NCBI GenBank assembly: GCA_963822445.1
Contig: CAWGHO010000002.1
Span: forward strand, 2,368,001-2,432,000
Direction: 5' to 3'
Source of the DNA: an uncultured Acidobacteriota bacterium
GTDB taxonomy: Bacteria > Acidobacteriota > Thermoanaerobaculia > Gp7-AA8
Length of the DNA: 64,000 nt
The notes under the pieces are model-generated. The model saw only the letters and a list, made by a program, of their open reading frames with translations, searched no databases and was not told the DNA's origin. Position 1 is the stretch's first letter. The number at the start of each line of letters is the position of its first letter. Below, one piece after another: positions 11,800 through 22,200 of the stretch. The translations under genes were made by a program, and so were the position numbers.

Positions 11800-12117
11800 G
11801 TGAACAAGAAACACATTCTGCTAGTCGTCATCCTGCTGCTGACGGCCTTCTCGGCGTTCGCACAGACTGACGCGGCTGCTGCGCCGGTCCGGACCGGAGT
11901 GCGTTGGGGTGCGATCGCTGCCGCGTTCGTTCTCGGCATCGCTGCTGCTGCCGGCGCGATGGGCCAGTCTCGCGCCATCGTCGCTGCCTGCGAAGGCATC
12001 GCCCGCAATCCGGGCGCGGCCGGTCCGATCCGTCTGGCGATGATCATCGGCCTCGCGCTGATCGAGTCGCTGGTCATCTACGCGCTGCTGATCGCGTACT
12101 TCGTCCACGAGTTCTAG
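11800..12117 (+). CDS. atpE: F0F1 ATP synthase subunit c with signal-peptide-like N-terminal extension
   Basis: IARNP loop and ALIESLVIY; strong SD (AGGAGG) before GTG. Confidence 0.95.
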   Translation: MNKKHILLVVILLLTAFSAFAQTDAAAAPVRTGVRWGAIAAAFVLGIAAAAGAMGQSRAIVAACEGIARNPGAAGPIRLAMIIGLALIESLVIYALLIAYFVHEF

Positions 12118-12139
12118 GACAGCAGTTCCGGCGTCGACG

Positions 12140-12170
12140 AGCCCGGTGCCTCACGGCGCCGGGCTTTTTT
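12140..12170 (+). terminator. Rho-independent terminator of the nuo-atp operon
   Basis: AGCCCGGTGCC-TCAC-GGCGCCGGGCT followed by a T-run. Confidence 0.85.
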
Positions 12171-12231
12171 GTGCTCGCTTTTCCGGCCAGTGGCACCGGC
12201 GTTGCTGACTCCGCTCTACCGGAGGTACGCC

Positions 12232-12399
12232 GTGAACTGGTTCAATCTGTCTTTCATCGGGTGGCTGATCGTGATCATCGCCCTGGCCCTGGTCGCGTAC
12301 AAATTCGACGTCCAGCCTTTCTGGATCGGCATCGGCGCGCTGCTGCTGCTCGGAGTGGGGATCATCACTTCGGTGAAGCACTCGAAGCCCCGCATCTAG
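12232..12399 (+). CDS. Small two-TM membrane protein (55 aa)
   Basis: GGAGG SD then GTG; MNWFNLSFIGWLIVIIALAL... hydrophobic. Confidence 0.7.
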   Translation: MNWFNLSFIGWLIVIIALALVAYKFDVQPFWIGIGALLLLGVGIITSVKHSKPRI

Positions 12400-12421
12400 G
12401 GTCGGACGAAACTCGAGCAAC

Positions 12422-12452
12422 AAAAAAAAGCCGGCGAGGCGCCGGCTTTTTT
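12422..12452. terminator. Bidirectional intrinsic terminator
   Basis: A-run, GCCGGCG-AGG-CGCCGGC, T-run, lying between convergent genes. Confidence 0.85.
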
Positions 12453-12484
12453 GCGTTTTCCGCGCGGACGCGGATGAGCGGTTC

Positions 12485-13498
12485 TTACTGTTCGTTGACC
12501 AGGCGGCGGATCGCGTCGATGGCCGCGGCCGCGGTGAGCTGTCCGTCGAGCGCGATCTCGCGCGACTCGGACCATTCTCCTTCGCGAAGAAGAACGTAGT
12601 GGACCTTCTGCTCGTCGCGAACGTAGAAGGCCAGGCGATCGTGATCGCCCTGAACCGCGCCCATCGTGCTGTTCGCGGCCGCTCCGAAGCGCGGTGCACC
12701 GGCGCCGCCTTCGCGCTTGCCAACCGGGATGCGAATGCGGCCGTCCGCTTTCGGCGGCTTGAACGCGGATACGCGAACGCGGTGAAGGCGCTCGCGCGCG
12801 ATGTCGCCGAACGTCAGCAGCACGCTGTCCTGTTTGGACGAGAGAGACATGACCGGCTTGCGGAGGACTGCCAGCTCTTCGGTAGTGAGGCTCGGGGTGT
12901 GCGCGCCATTGGGCGCGGGGATGAACTCGCTGAGGTCGAGATAGTTGATCTCGGCGACCTTCCCGTTCTCGAGAGCGAGGATCGCGTACTTCGCGCCTTT
13001 GTCGCCGCTGTGCGTGTCCATCTCCCACCAGGCAGCGTGGACGGTGATTCCGGTCTGGACATCGCCTTCGGAGGTGATCACGTCGCGGGTAACGGCGATG
13101 CTGAGATTCTCGCGGTAGTCGAACGGATCGCCGAAGGTCGTAGCCTCGCTCCAGACGCCTTCCGCGTCGACCGAGGAAAACAGCAGCCTGTTCTCCAGCG
13201 TGCCCTTGTAATGCAGCCAGAAGATGTACAGGACGCCGGACTGCGCGTCATACGCGAGCGTCGCGTTGGCGTGCGCGCCGGCGGCGTAGGTGGCCGGGAC
13301 GACTTCGCGAGTGACTTCGGTTCCGCGGCGCGTCGTGAGCACGAGGCGAAGTGCTGCCTCGGTCTTTTCCGTCGCCGCTTCTTCCTTCATCTCGACGGTG
13401 TACAGCGTTCCGTTCGGAGCGAGCAGCGTCTGCACGTCCTCAGCCGCGGCGAAAAGCGGCGTGAGGATCAGCGCGACCAATACCAGCAGCTTCTTCAT
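12485..13498 (-). CDS. Secreted hypothetical protein
   Basis: Signal peptide MKKLLVLVALILTPLFAAA; ATGA overlap with the upstream TPR gene. Confidence 0.8.
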   Translation of the reverse strand: MKKLLVLVALILTPLFAAAEDVQTLLAPNGTLYTVEMKEEAATEKTEAALRLVLTTRRGTEVTREVVPATYAAGAHANATLAYDAQSGVLYIFWLHYKGTLENRLLFSSVDAEGVWSEATTFGDPFDYRENLSIAVTRDVITSEGDVQTGITVHAAWWEMDTHSGDKGAKYAILALENGKVAEINYLDLSEFIPAPNGAHTPSLTTEELAVLRKPVMSLSSKQDSVLLTFGDIARERLHRVRVSAFKPPKADGRIRIPVGKREGGAGAPRFGAAANSTMGAVQGDHDRLAFYVRDEQKVHYVLLREGEWSESREIALDGQLTAAAAIDAIRRLVNEQ

Positions 13499-14379
13499 AG
13501 TTTCAAATTCACCATCGACCGCAGATCGATCGCGTACAGAACGTTCTTGAGATTCCGGAACTCGGGGTAGAAGCGCGCGAGCTCCGTGAAGTGGTAGTCG
13601 GCGCGATCTTCGTCGCCGGCCTTGTAGCAGGCTTCGCCGAGGAGGTAGTGAGCGTTGCGGACCTGGCGCGATTCACTCGCCAGTTCCAGACCGGACTCGC
13701 CGTAGAAACGGGACTTCTCGAAATCGCCGAGCTCCAGATAGCCGAAGCACAGATCGATGTGCGCTTCCGCCATCGCGGCGGAAGAGAGGATCGACGAAAG
13801 CGCGCTCTCGATGATGGCGACGCCTTCCGCGTGATTTCCTTTGAGAAGCTGCGACGCGCCGAGGTTCTGCAGGGCCGTGCCGTAGCTCAGCTTGTGCTCG
13901 TCGGCGTTCGAGACGCGGCCGATCAGCGTGAGCGCCTCTTCGAAGCACTCGATGGCCTGATCGAACTGCGAGTCGATCTCGTAGATGATGCCGAGGTCGT
14001 TCAGCGCGGCGATGCGCCAGAACGGTTGATCGGCGTCGTTCGCTGCATCGAGAGCGACGTGACCGTAGAAGATCGCGCGCTTGCTCTCGTTCTGAATGCG
14101 GTGTTTGAACATCAGCGCATACGCCGCGAGGAACACGTGATGCTCGTTGCGGCGGCGCATGAGGATCGACGCCAGCGCCTGGACCTCGGGGCCCGAGCGC
14201 TCGAGCGCGATCATCGCGTCGGCTTTGTTGATGGTCAGAAGCTCGCGGACTTCGTCATCCGTCGCGATCGCGAGCGCTTCGTCGTACAGCGCGAGCGCTT
14301 CCTCGTACTCTGCGGAACGGACATGCGCGAGACCGGCCTGGCGTAGTTCCTCGACCCGATTTTCTTGCTGTTTAAGCAT
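13495..14379 (-). CDS. Tetratricopeptide repeat protein
   Basis: TPR-like repeats, e.g. AALNDLGIIYEIDSQFDQAIECFEEAL; start set at MLKQQ. Confidence 0.82.
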   Translation of the reverse strand: MLKQQENRVEELRQAGLAHVRSAEYEEALALYDEALAIATDDEVRELLTINKADAMIALERSGPEVQALASILMRRRNEHHVFLAAYALMFKHRIQNESKRAIFYGHVALDAANDADQPFWRIAALNDLGIIYEIDSQFDQAIECFEEALTLIGRVSNADEHKLSYGTALQNLGASQLLKGNHAEGVAIIESALSSILSSAAMAEAHIDLCFGYLELGDFEKSRFYGESGLELASESRQVRNAHYLLGEACYKAGDEDRADYHFTELARFYPEFRNLKNVLYAIDLRSMVNLKL

Positions 14380-14728
14380 CGGACTCTCCACCCTCCACCC
14401 CGTCGAGGTCACCCTCTTCCTGTGCGCGCTTGAACTCGATGAAGCTGTCGACTTCCTTCTGCGCGGACGGGCTGAGGGAGCGATACTTCTCGAAGACGTT
14501 GTTCGCACGATTGGTCTCGTCGAAGAAGTCTCCGATGGTCAAGTCGAAGCACTGCAGAATCTTGAGCAATGTATCCAGGCCGACTTTGTACTCGCCCTGC
14601 TCCATGCGCGAGAGATCGGACTGATGGATGCCGATCTTCTCGGCGAGCTCCACCTGCGTCAGCTTGCGCTGGCGGCGGAGTTGGCGGATTTTTCGTCCGA
14701 CGAGTTCGAGTTGTGCGGGCCTATTCAT
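14372..14728 (-). CDS. XRE-family helix-turn-helix regulator
   Basis: IRQLRRQRKLTQVELAEKIGIHQSDLSRMEQGE. Confidence 0.93.
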   Translation of the reverse strand: MNRPAQLELVGRKIRQLRRQRKLTQVELAEKIGIHQSDLSRMEQGEYKVGLDTLLKILQCFDLTIGDFFDETNRANNVFEKYRSLSPSAQKEVDSFIEFKRAQEEGDLDGVEGGESDA

Positions 14729-14783
14729 CGTGGGTTTCTTTGACTTTTATGCTATTGAACAATAAACTGCGGCAACTTTCAAT

Positions 14784-15587
14784 ATGCGGGTTTCGGATGT
14801 TCCTGTCAAGCCCGCCCGGTTCGCCGCCACGTACGCCACTCTCCACCTCCTCCGCGAGCTGATCAAGCGCGACTTCAACGCCCGATTCACCGGCTCGGCC
14901 CTCGGCCTGGCCTGGGCCGTCCTGCAACCGCTGAGTCTGGTTGCCCTCTACTGGTTCGTTTTCACGTTCATGATCCCGGGCGGCCGCGCAGGCGGGCTCG
15001 GCAGTTTCTACATCTTCTTTCTCATCGCCGGCCTCATTCCCTGGCTCGGGGTGAACGAAGGCCTGACCCGGTCGACCACGGCGGTGGTCGACAACGCCGC
15101 CATCGTCCGGCGGCTTCCGCTCCGCAGCGAGCTATTAGTAGTGGTGCCGAACGCCTCGGCCATGATTTTCCAGTGTGTCGGGCTCGTCATTTTCCTACCG
15201 ATGGTTGTGATCCAAGGGATCTCGCTCCGGTTTCTCTGGCTGCTTCCGCTCGCCCTGCTGCTGCAGCTGACGCTTCAACTGGGTGTCGGATTCTTCCTGG
15301 CGGCGCTCTACGTCTTCTTCCGGGACCTGACCCAGGTGATCGGGTTCGTCCTGTCCATCCTCTTTTATCTGAGTCCCATCCTCTATCCCGTCGGAGGCCG
15401 CTTCGAAAAGTTCTTTTCCTGGAATCCGATGACTCCGCTGCTCGGTTTGTTTCGCAGCGCCCTGCTGGCGTCTCCGTTACCTGACGCCGCCTCGATCGTA
15501 TTTCTACTGATCGTCGCGTCGGCGGTGTTCACGGGAGGTCTGCTGTTTTTCCGGCGGGCCCAGCCCACGCTGGTCGATCTCATCTAG
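14784..15587 (+). CDS. wzm: ABC-2 polysaccharide exporter permease (Wzm/RfbA-like)
   Basis: KRDFNARFTGSALGLAWAVLQPL, FFRDL, YLSPILYP, NPMT. Confidence 0.9.
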   Translation: MRVSDVPVKPARFAATYATLHLLRELIKRDFNARFTGSALGLAWAVLQPLSLVALYWFVFTFMIPGGRAGGLGSFYIFFLIAGLIPWLGVNEGLTRSTTAVVDNAAIVRRLPLRSELLVVVPNASAMIFQCVGLVIFLPMVVIQGISLRFLWLLPLALLLQLTLQLGVGFFLAALYVFFRDLTQVIGFVLSILFYLSPILYPVGGRFEKFFSWNPMTPLLGLFRSALLASPLPDAASIVFLLIVASAVFTGGLLFFRRAQPTLVDLI

Positions 15588-15605
15588 TTCCACTCAGGAG
15601 AAAGA

Positions 15606-17345
15606 ATGTCTCGAAAGATTCTGTCGGTGGTCATTTCTCTCGGTCTCATGGCCGGACTCACGCCGTTGCATGGTCAGGACAAGAAGAAGACCACGCCGAA
15701 ACCGGCCGCTGCCTCGCAGACGATCGAGGGAGGCGAGCCCCGCTTTGTCCGTCCCGAGACACCGGAGCAGCGCAAGGAGCGTCTCGGCACGATCGAGGAT
15801 CCGGGACCGAATCCCGATCCAGACAAGATCTGGTGGCGCTTCGGAAAGCCGTTCAAGATCCAGCGCTTCGACCGCAAGTGGGCCGTGTACAGCGAAGACC
15901 CGCGCTTCCTGAGGCCGTTCGGCTTCGCGAACTTCACCGAAGAGCTCTACCAGGAAAACGACAAGTACGTCTGGGTCTGGATGGAGGAGATCGACGAGGA
16001 AGCGCAGAAAGAAGAAGCGAAGGAAGCGCTGCGCACCGCGCAGTATCGCCCGGTCGATGATGCCGGCCTCGCGTACTTCGAAAAGCTGCGCGAAGACTTC
16101 AAGCCGATCGATGTGCAGAAGAGCGACGTGCGGGTGAAGTTCGAGGAGTCATCGGAAGGTCTGCCGGCCGCGGGCTCGTGGCGTAACTCGCTCGACGTCG
16201 GCGACATGAACGGAGACGGATTCGCCGATCTGATTCTCCCGCCGCAGCGCGGTCCGGTCGGAACGCCCTCGATCTTCCTCGGCGACGGCAAGGGCGGCTG
16301 GAAGCAGTGGAAGGTGAACTTTCCGCGCGCCTTCAACTACGGCAGCGTCGCCGTCGCGGACTTCAACAAAGACAAGCATCTCGACATCGCCGCCGGCATC
16401 CATCTCACCGGCCTGGCCGTGTTTCTCGGCGACGGCAAGGGCAACTTCCGAGAGTCGTCCGAAGGACTGCCGAAGAACTTCCCGACGCGGCGAATCCGCG
16501 TGACCGACATCGATCGCGATGGATGGATGGACATCGTCACCATCAGCGAAGGTCCGGTTGGACGAGGCGTCGATCTGCAGGGCGCCGACTACTCGAACCT
16601 TCGCGGGTACCTCAACAAGAACAAAGGGCAGTCATGGGACGGCCTCAACATCTCGGAGCTGAAGCATCCGATCGGCGGAGACTGGCTCTCGGTCGGTAAC
16701 CTGAACGGTGACAAGTACCCGGACTTCATCGGTGCGAGCGTCTACTTCAACGGCGTCTCCACGATGTGGGTGAGCAAAGACACCAAGTCGTACGAGCTCC
16801 TCGACACCACCGGTTTCATCATTCCGTTCCGCTCGTACTACCACGCCAACACGGTCGGCCCATTTTCCTCGAAGGATCGGGATGACGCGGTCGTCGCGTA
16901 CGTCCGCTTGTGGCCGCAGCAGCTCGACCCCGAAGTCATTCCGGTGCCGCCATGGCCGAAAGTCGTCGGTCTCGATCGCATCAGCTACAGCGGTTCGCAG
17001 CCGAAGCGGACTCCGATCCTGCGATGGGAAGGGACGCGCCAGGTGCCTGGTCTCGGCCGGGGCGACTTCGACGCCGACGGCAAGCAGGACATCCTCTACA
17101 CCCGTTTCGATCCGCGCGAGGCGGTGATCCTCGTCGGCGATGGTGCGGGCAACTTCAAGCGTGCCGCCGTGGAGGGGCTGAATCTTTCCGGTCTGCGGAA
17201 CTACGACGTGACCGTGGCCGACGTGAACAACGACAAGCGGCCGGACGTGATCGTGATGTACGAGTCGGAGTCGAGCACGGCGTTCGCGAAGAAGAACGGG
17301 AAGGTCCAGGTCTTCCTGAATCGCGGCACGATTGCGGCACCGTGA
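15606..17345 (+). CDS. Secreted FG-GAP/VCBS repeat beta-propeller protein
   Basis: Signal peptide; repeated GDMNGDGFADL, ADFNKDKHLDI, GDFDADGKQDI motifs. Confidence 0.88.
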   Translation: MSRKILSVVISLGLMAGLTPLHGQDKKKTTPKPAAASQTIEGGEPRFVRPETPEQRKERLGTIEDPGPNPDPDKIWWRFGKPFKIQRFDRKWAVYSEDPRFLRPFGFANFTEELYQENDKYVWVWMEEIDEEAQKEEAKEALRTAQYRPVDDAGLAYFEKLREDFKPIDVQKSDVRVKFEESSEGLPAAGSWRNSLDVGDMNGDGFADLILPPQRGPVGTPSIFLGDGKGGWKQWKVNFPRAFNYGSVAVADFNKDKHLDIAAGIHLTGLAVFLGDGKGNFRESSEGLPKNFPTRRIRVTDIDRDGWMDIVTISEGPVGRGVDLQGADYSNLRGYLNKNKGQSWDGLNISELKHPIGGDWLSVGNLNGDKYPDFIGASVYFNGVSTMWVSKDTKSYELLDTTGFIIPFRSYYHANTVGPFSSKDRDDAVVAYVRLWPQQLDPEVIPVPPWPKVVGLDRISYSGSQPKRTPILRWEGTRQVPGLGRGDFDADGKQDILYTRFDPREAVILVGDGAGNFKRAAVEGLNLSGLRNYDVTVADVNNDKRPDVIVMYESESSTAFAKKNGKVQVFLNRGTIAAP

Positions 17346-17359
17346 CGCGCGATTGATGG

Positions 17360-17388
17360 TTGCGGTAGGGGAGTGGAAGCAGTATAGT
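17360..17388 (+). promoter_or_regulatory. Candidate sigma70 promoter P1 for the 476-aa gene
   Basis: TTGCGG-N17-TATAGT. Confidence 0.5.
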
Positions 17389-17443
17389 CCTCGAAATTCG
17401 GCCAAGGGATATGCCGCAATCGCATAAAAAACCGTCTTGGGTA

Positions 17444-17472
17444 TTGACTTCGAGAATATTTCGCCATACTTT
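17444..17472 (+). promoter_or_regulatory. Candidate sigma70 promoter P2 for the 476-aa gene
   Basis: TTGACT-N17-TACTTT in AT-rich context. Confidence 0.55.
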
Positions 17473-17611
17473 TAGGCCAGTTCACTCGGGAATACCCGTG
17501 AGTTTTGTTGTCGCAGAATTGAAAAATTGAACACGGAGGTGATCGTATCGTTTGGATCGGGTGAGCAACCTTCGTTCGTTTTCAAGTCAACTTGATGTGT
17601 AGGAGATAGAA

Positions 17612-19042
17612 ATGAGAAAAACTTTTGTTTGGGCTTTGATGGCCACCTTGCTCGTTGCAGGGTCGGCGTTCGCAGCCGACAGGAACATCCGGGAGAACGC
17701 TACGTTCGCCACGGGTGGCCCGTCGACCACGAACAACGACGACTCGTGCGACATCGGAGTTACGCCGGCGGCGACGCTGCTGCTGCCGTACTTCGAAGTC
17801 GACATTACCTCTCCTGCCGGCACTGGCGAGACCACGATCTTCACGATCACGAACGTCTCGAACCTGCCGCAGGTCGCCCACGTTACTCTGTGGACGGACT
17901 TCTCGTACCCGGTCATCGACTTCAACATCTACCTGACCGGTTATGACGTGCAGAGCATCAACCTGTACGACGTCATCTTCCGTGGCGAGATCGCTCCGGA
18001 TGACGGTACGGGCTCCGACGTTTCGCCGGTTGGTCCGCTGTCCGGTACGTCCGCGACGGCTGATTTCGACAACCCGGTCGTCACCGAGGCGAGCTGCGTT
18101 CAGCTCCCCGTTGAGCTGCCGGCGGCTTACGTCACCCGCATGCGGAACGCGTTCACGACCGGCAAGGCGCCGGGCGTTGGCGTGACCACCGCGGGCGCGA
18201 CCTGCAACACCGCTGGCGGCACTCACACGAATGCCGTCGGCTATGCGACGATCGACGTGGCGGGCATCTGCTCCACCACCCTCCCGACCGCCGCGTCGTA
18301 CTTCGACACCGAAATCCGCTTCGACAACGTCCTGATCGGCGACTATCAGCAGATCAACGGCGATGAGGATTTCGCGCAGGGCAACCCGATGGTTCACATC
18401 CGTGCGATCCCCGAGGGCGGCACTCAGGCCACCCGCGTGGGCGCAGCGTTCGCCGTGAACTTCGATCGCACCTTCTACAGCCGCTACGATGCGGACAACA
18501 GCAACGCCCGTCAGCCGCTCCCGGCGCTCTTCGCCGCGCGCTGGATTGAGGGTGGCGCTGGTGGTTTCGAGACGTTCTACAAGATCTGGCGCGAAGGCAA
18601 CACGACCTCCGCGACGGTCTGCTCGCAGTACCCGGCCCAGGGTGGCGCTCTGAACATCGTCGAGCTCGTCCGCTTCGACGAAGAAGAGAACCCTGAGACG
18701 CTGGCTCCGGACGTCCTGGTTTCGCCGCCGCCGAGCTTCGCTCCGCAGCTGCCCGAGACCTCGCTGTCCGACGTCGCTGAGAGCGATGACTTCCCGACCA
18801 ACACTCAGGGAGCCGTCGCTGGTTGGATGTACATGAACCTTGATTCCGGTCTCGATGACGCGTCGCTGTCGGCGAGCCAGAACTGGGTCATCGTTTCGAT
18901 GCGCGCCGAGGATCGCTTCTCGGTCGACTTCGACGCGGCATGGCTCGGCAACGGCTGCACGCCGGAAATCGCCATCACCGAAGCTTCGGGTGGCGCTGGC
19001 GCTCCGATCGGTCCGGCCCCGAACTTCAACCCGAATCTGTAG
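17612..19042 (+). CDS. Secreted acidic Thr/Ala/Gly-rich protein (PAATLLLPYFEVD type); S-layer/major surface protein candidate
   Basis: Signal peptide, AGGAGA SD, own promoters and terminator; function inferred. Confidence 0.75.
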   Translation: MRKTFVWALMATLLVAGSAFAADRNIRENATFATGGPSTTNNDDSCDIGVTPAATLLLPYFEVDITSPAGTGETTIFTITNVSNLPQVAHVTLWTDFSYPVIDFNIYLTGYDVQSINLYDVIFRGEIAPDDGTGSDVSPVGPLSGTSATADFDNPVVTEASCVQLPVELPAAYVTRMRNAFTTGKAPGVGVTTAGATCNTAGGTHTNAVGYATIDVAGICSTTLPTAASYFDTEIRFDNVLIGDYQQINGDEDFAQGNPMVHIRAIPEGGTQATRVGAAFAVNFDRTFYSRYDADNSNARQPLPALFAARWIEGGAGGFETFYKIWREGNTTSATVCSQYPAQGGALNIVELVRFDEEENPETLAPDVLVSPPPSFAPQLPETSLSDVAESDDFPTNTQGAVAGWMYMNLDSGLDDASLSASQNWVIVSMRAEDRFSVDFDAAWLGNGCTPEIAITEASGGAGAPIGPAPNFNPNL

Positions 19043-19068
19043 TACTTACTGCATCCGCAGTAGCCGTG

Positions 19069-19100
19069 AGGCGGGCCGGGAAACCGGCCCGCCTTTTTTT
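19069..19100 (+). terminator. Rho-independent terminator
   Basis: GGCGGGCCGG-GAAA-CCGGCCCGCC-TTTTTTT. Confidence 0.92.
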
Positions 19101-19161
19101 GTTTCCGCTCGAATGAATCACGCCGTCCTCGTGGTTCCTTCGATCGGGTCCAAAAAAGTCT

Positions 19162-19190
19162 TTGCCAAACGGCTCGGCTTTCCTTAAAAT
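19162..19190 (+). promoter_or_regulatory. Candidate sigma70 promoter for the PKD gene
   Basis: TTGCCA-N17-TAAAAT. Confidence 0.6.
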
Positions 19191-19242
19191 AACAGTTCAA
19201 TCTCGTCCGTTCTCGACAACACTTTTCACCGGGGGTGTGGAT

Positions 19243-22200
19243 TTGAAGCTATTTACGAATACCGCTGCGCTTTTGCTGGCCGTGTGGCTCTCGCCGGCAG
19301 CTTTCGCCGGCTACTACACGCTGCCTTCGAAGACGTCCGAGGCTGTCACCAAGTGCATCGGGTGCAAAGGCAGCAATCTCTATGGCGAGTCGAACGACGG
19401 ACTGCCGACGTATCAGTACGCGTCGCCGATCGCCAAGCACGTCGGCCGGATCGTCGACTCCAGCTGGACCAAGGACATTCAGAACGGCTATGGCCTCCGG
19501 ACGCTTCGCGCGGGGGTGATCCGCGTCGCACCGACCCAGCGCGGCAGCTCTCCTCCCACGATCTACATGGAGCTGGGCGGCGCCGTCGCGGCCTATCAGA
19601 TGAGCACCTTTTTCTCCTCCAAGCTCCCCGCGGGCATGGTTGACATCAAAACACTCGTCAGCGGCGTCGGTGGTTCGAGAACGGGACGCGGCGACCTGAA
19701 CGAGATGGTCACGCCCTGGGACTCCTACAGTTACATCGAGAAGTACCGCGATTTCGGTTGGGACATCGTCGAGTACGACATCCAGGACTCCCTCGGCGAT
19801 TTCGACTTCGACGATCGCGGCTATCTCTACGGCTCATTCAGCTCGTTCGGCTGGGCCATCGCCCAGGATGCCGGCATCACCGGTGGCTCGATCATGCCTC
19901 CCATCGGTCAGGGCCAGGACGGCGGCATGACCATGACCGCCATCAAGACAGGTGGTGTGTATTACGCCGCCATTTCCTCCGGTGGTGGTAACCACGTCCT
20001 CTACAACACCACCAATCCGGCGCTGCCGGTGCAGATTGCGACGCGTAACTACGCCATCACCAAGTGGGCCCGCCACGACGCCACGAAGCGCCTGGCCATC
20101 GTCGACAACGTCGGCAAGCTGCGCATCTACGACTACGACACGTTCGTCGGCGGCGGCAATCCTCTGATCGGCCCCGTGACTGCTGAGAGCAACAACAAGT
20201 TCATCGACGTCACGTCCGACGAGAACGGAAACTTCTGGGCGATCGAGAGCTCGCAGTCCTTCAACTCATCGGTCGTTCGCTACGCCGTCGGATCTTCGAC
20301 GGGTCTTCGTCTGGGCCTTGGCGAGACTTACTCGGGCTCTCACATCACCGCGCAGGCCGGACATCTGGCCGTCGCGGGCATGTCGGCTGACGGCATGGAT
20401 GTGCTGATGTTCAAGATCGAGGGCAATACGCTTCGCAAGCTCGATCTCCGGAACTTCTTCAAGCGCTACTACCACGCGCCGCTGAGAGGAAATGCGCAGC
20501 CGCCGGCAGACCGCAGCTACGTTTCCACGCCGACCGCCGTCCAGTTCATCAAGTACAACAACAAGCTCTACTTCATCTACAACGCCCACGGCATGGGCGA
20601 CGTCTTCGAGATCGAGTCCGGCGACAGCATCACCGGCGCGATGAAGACCACCAGCTTCGGTACGGCCAACCCGAACTCGAAGGCGCCGGCCGGCAGCGGT
20701 CCGTTCCCCGGTGACGTCGTGAAGTTCACGGCGGCAAGCTCGAATGCGAACGTTCCCTACACGCTGAGCTGGGATTTCGATAATCCGGAATCGGGAGCGA
20801 ACCTCGCCCAGGCAGCGACCGGCGTGGAGGTTTCCCATCAGTTCGGCGGCTACACCACGGCTGGACAGATCACCACGGTGAAGAGGGTCACGGCGACCGC
20901 CACCAGCGATTCCACGATCACCGACACCATCAACGTGACCCTCAAAGTCCCGGTCGTGCGCATGGGCGTGAGCGGCAGCAGCACGCCGATCACTTCCGCC
21001 GCGACGCCCCTCAACGTTCTTCTGGGCGATACCTTCAACGACGCCTCGGACGGATCGATGGAGAGTCATTACACGACGTGGGCGTTCGATGGCGGACCGG
21101 CCACGGCCATGCTTCCCAACGCGTCGGCTCCAACCGGCGCAATCGGAGCACACACCGTCAGCCTGAATGCCTACTACGGACGCTACGACATGACCACGGG
21201 CGCGACCACGACGCCCATGTTCAACGCGTCGCTCCTGAACGTTCCCTACACGGTGCGCCCGTTCCTGTTCACGCTGAGCGCGGCCAAGTCGGGCGCGAAC
21301 GCGGTCTTCAGCGGAACGTCGCCCCGCGTCACGTCGACCCCGGGCGTCATCACGGCCACCGAGTGGACCGTGACCTGGTCGATCACCGGCACTCACACGG
21401 CGACGATTCCGGCGCCTCAGACGGTTGCAATCGGGACCATCCCGCCGCTGACCGTTCCCGCATCCGCGGTGAATGCCGACAACGTCGTGACCCTGACCGT
21501 CTCCATCCCCGCCGCGAACCTTACCGGCGCTGGTCCCGAGTACGCGTCGTATTCGCAGTCGATGACTCTCGCCAAGCCGGTGCCCGCCATCAGCAAGGGG
21601 AACACCTGCCAGCACGCCAACGCTCCATGCACGCTGACCGTCAGCGGTCCCAGCGTCTCCGATTCGACCGTCACCTGGACGATCACGAAGGACGGCGCGC
21701 CGTTCAGCTCCGGTAGCGGCCTGTCCGTCTCGCCGGTCATCACGGAGCCCGGCAGCTACGTCGCCACTGCGACCGCTGTCAAAGGCATCTTCGAAGGTGT
21801 CGCGAGTCTTCCGTTCACCGTCGCCGCCTCCCTGTGCGGCGCGCCGCCGCACATCGACACCGTCTCGATCCACATGTCCTGCCCGAATGCCGGCTGCGTT
21901 CCCAACGTCGACATCACGTTCAGGGCTACGTTCATCGGCTACACCCCTCAGGACTGCGACGTCTACACCTGGCGGATGGGCGACAACACCGCGACGAAGA
22001 GCGGTTCTCAGGTTACGCACAAGTACACGGCCGGCGGCACCTTTACCGTTCGCCTCACCATCTCGAATTCGAGCGGCCAGACGGCCACTGAAATCTCGAA
22101 GATCATCGCCATCACCGGTAGCGGTGGCGGCGGTGGTGGTGGCGGAGGTGGAGGTGGGGACACCTGCACCCGTCCCAGCAACGTGACGTTCACCTACGGT

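Noticed and set aside
11800-12117. Na+-translocating ATP synthase c subunit
   Set aside because: Has Q...ES..Y but Leu replaces the Thr of the EST Na+ motif; ion specificity cannot be called from this.
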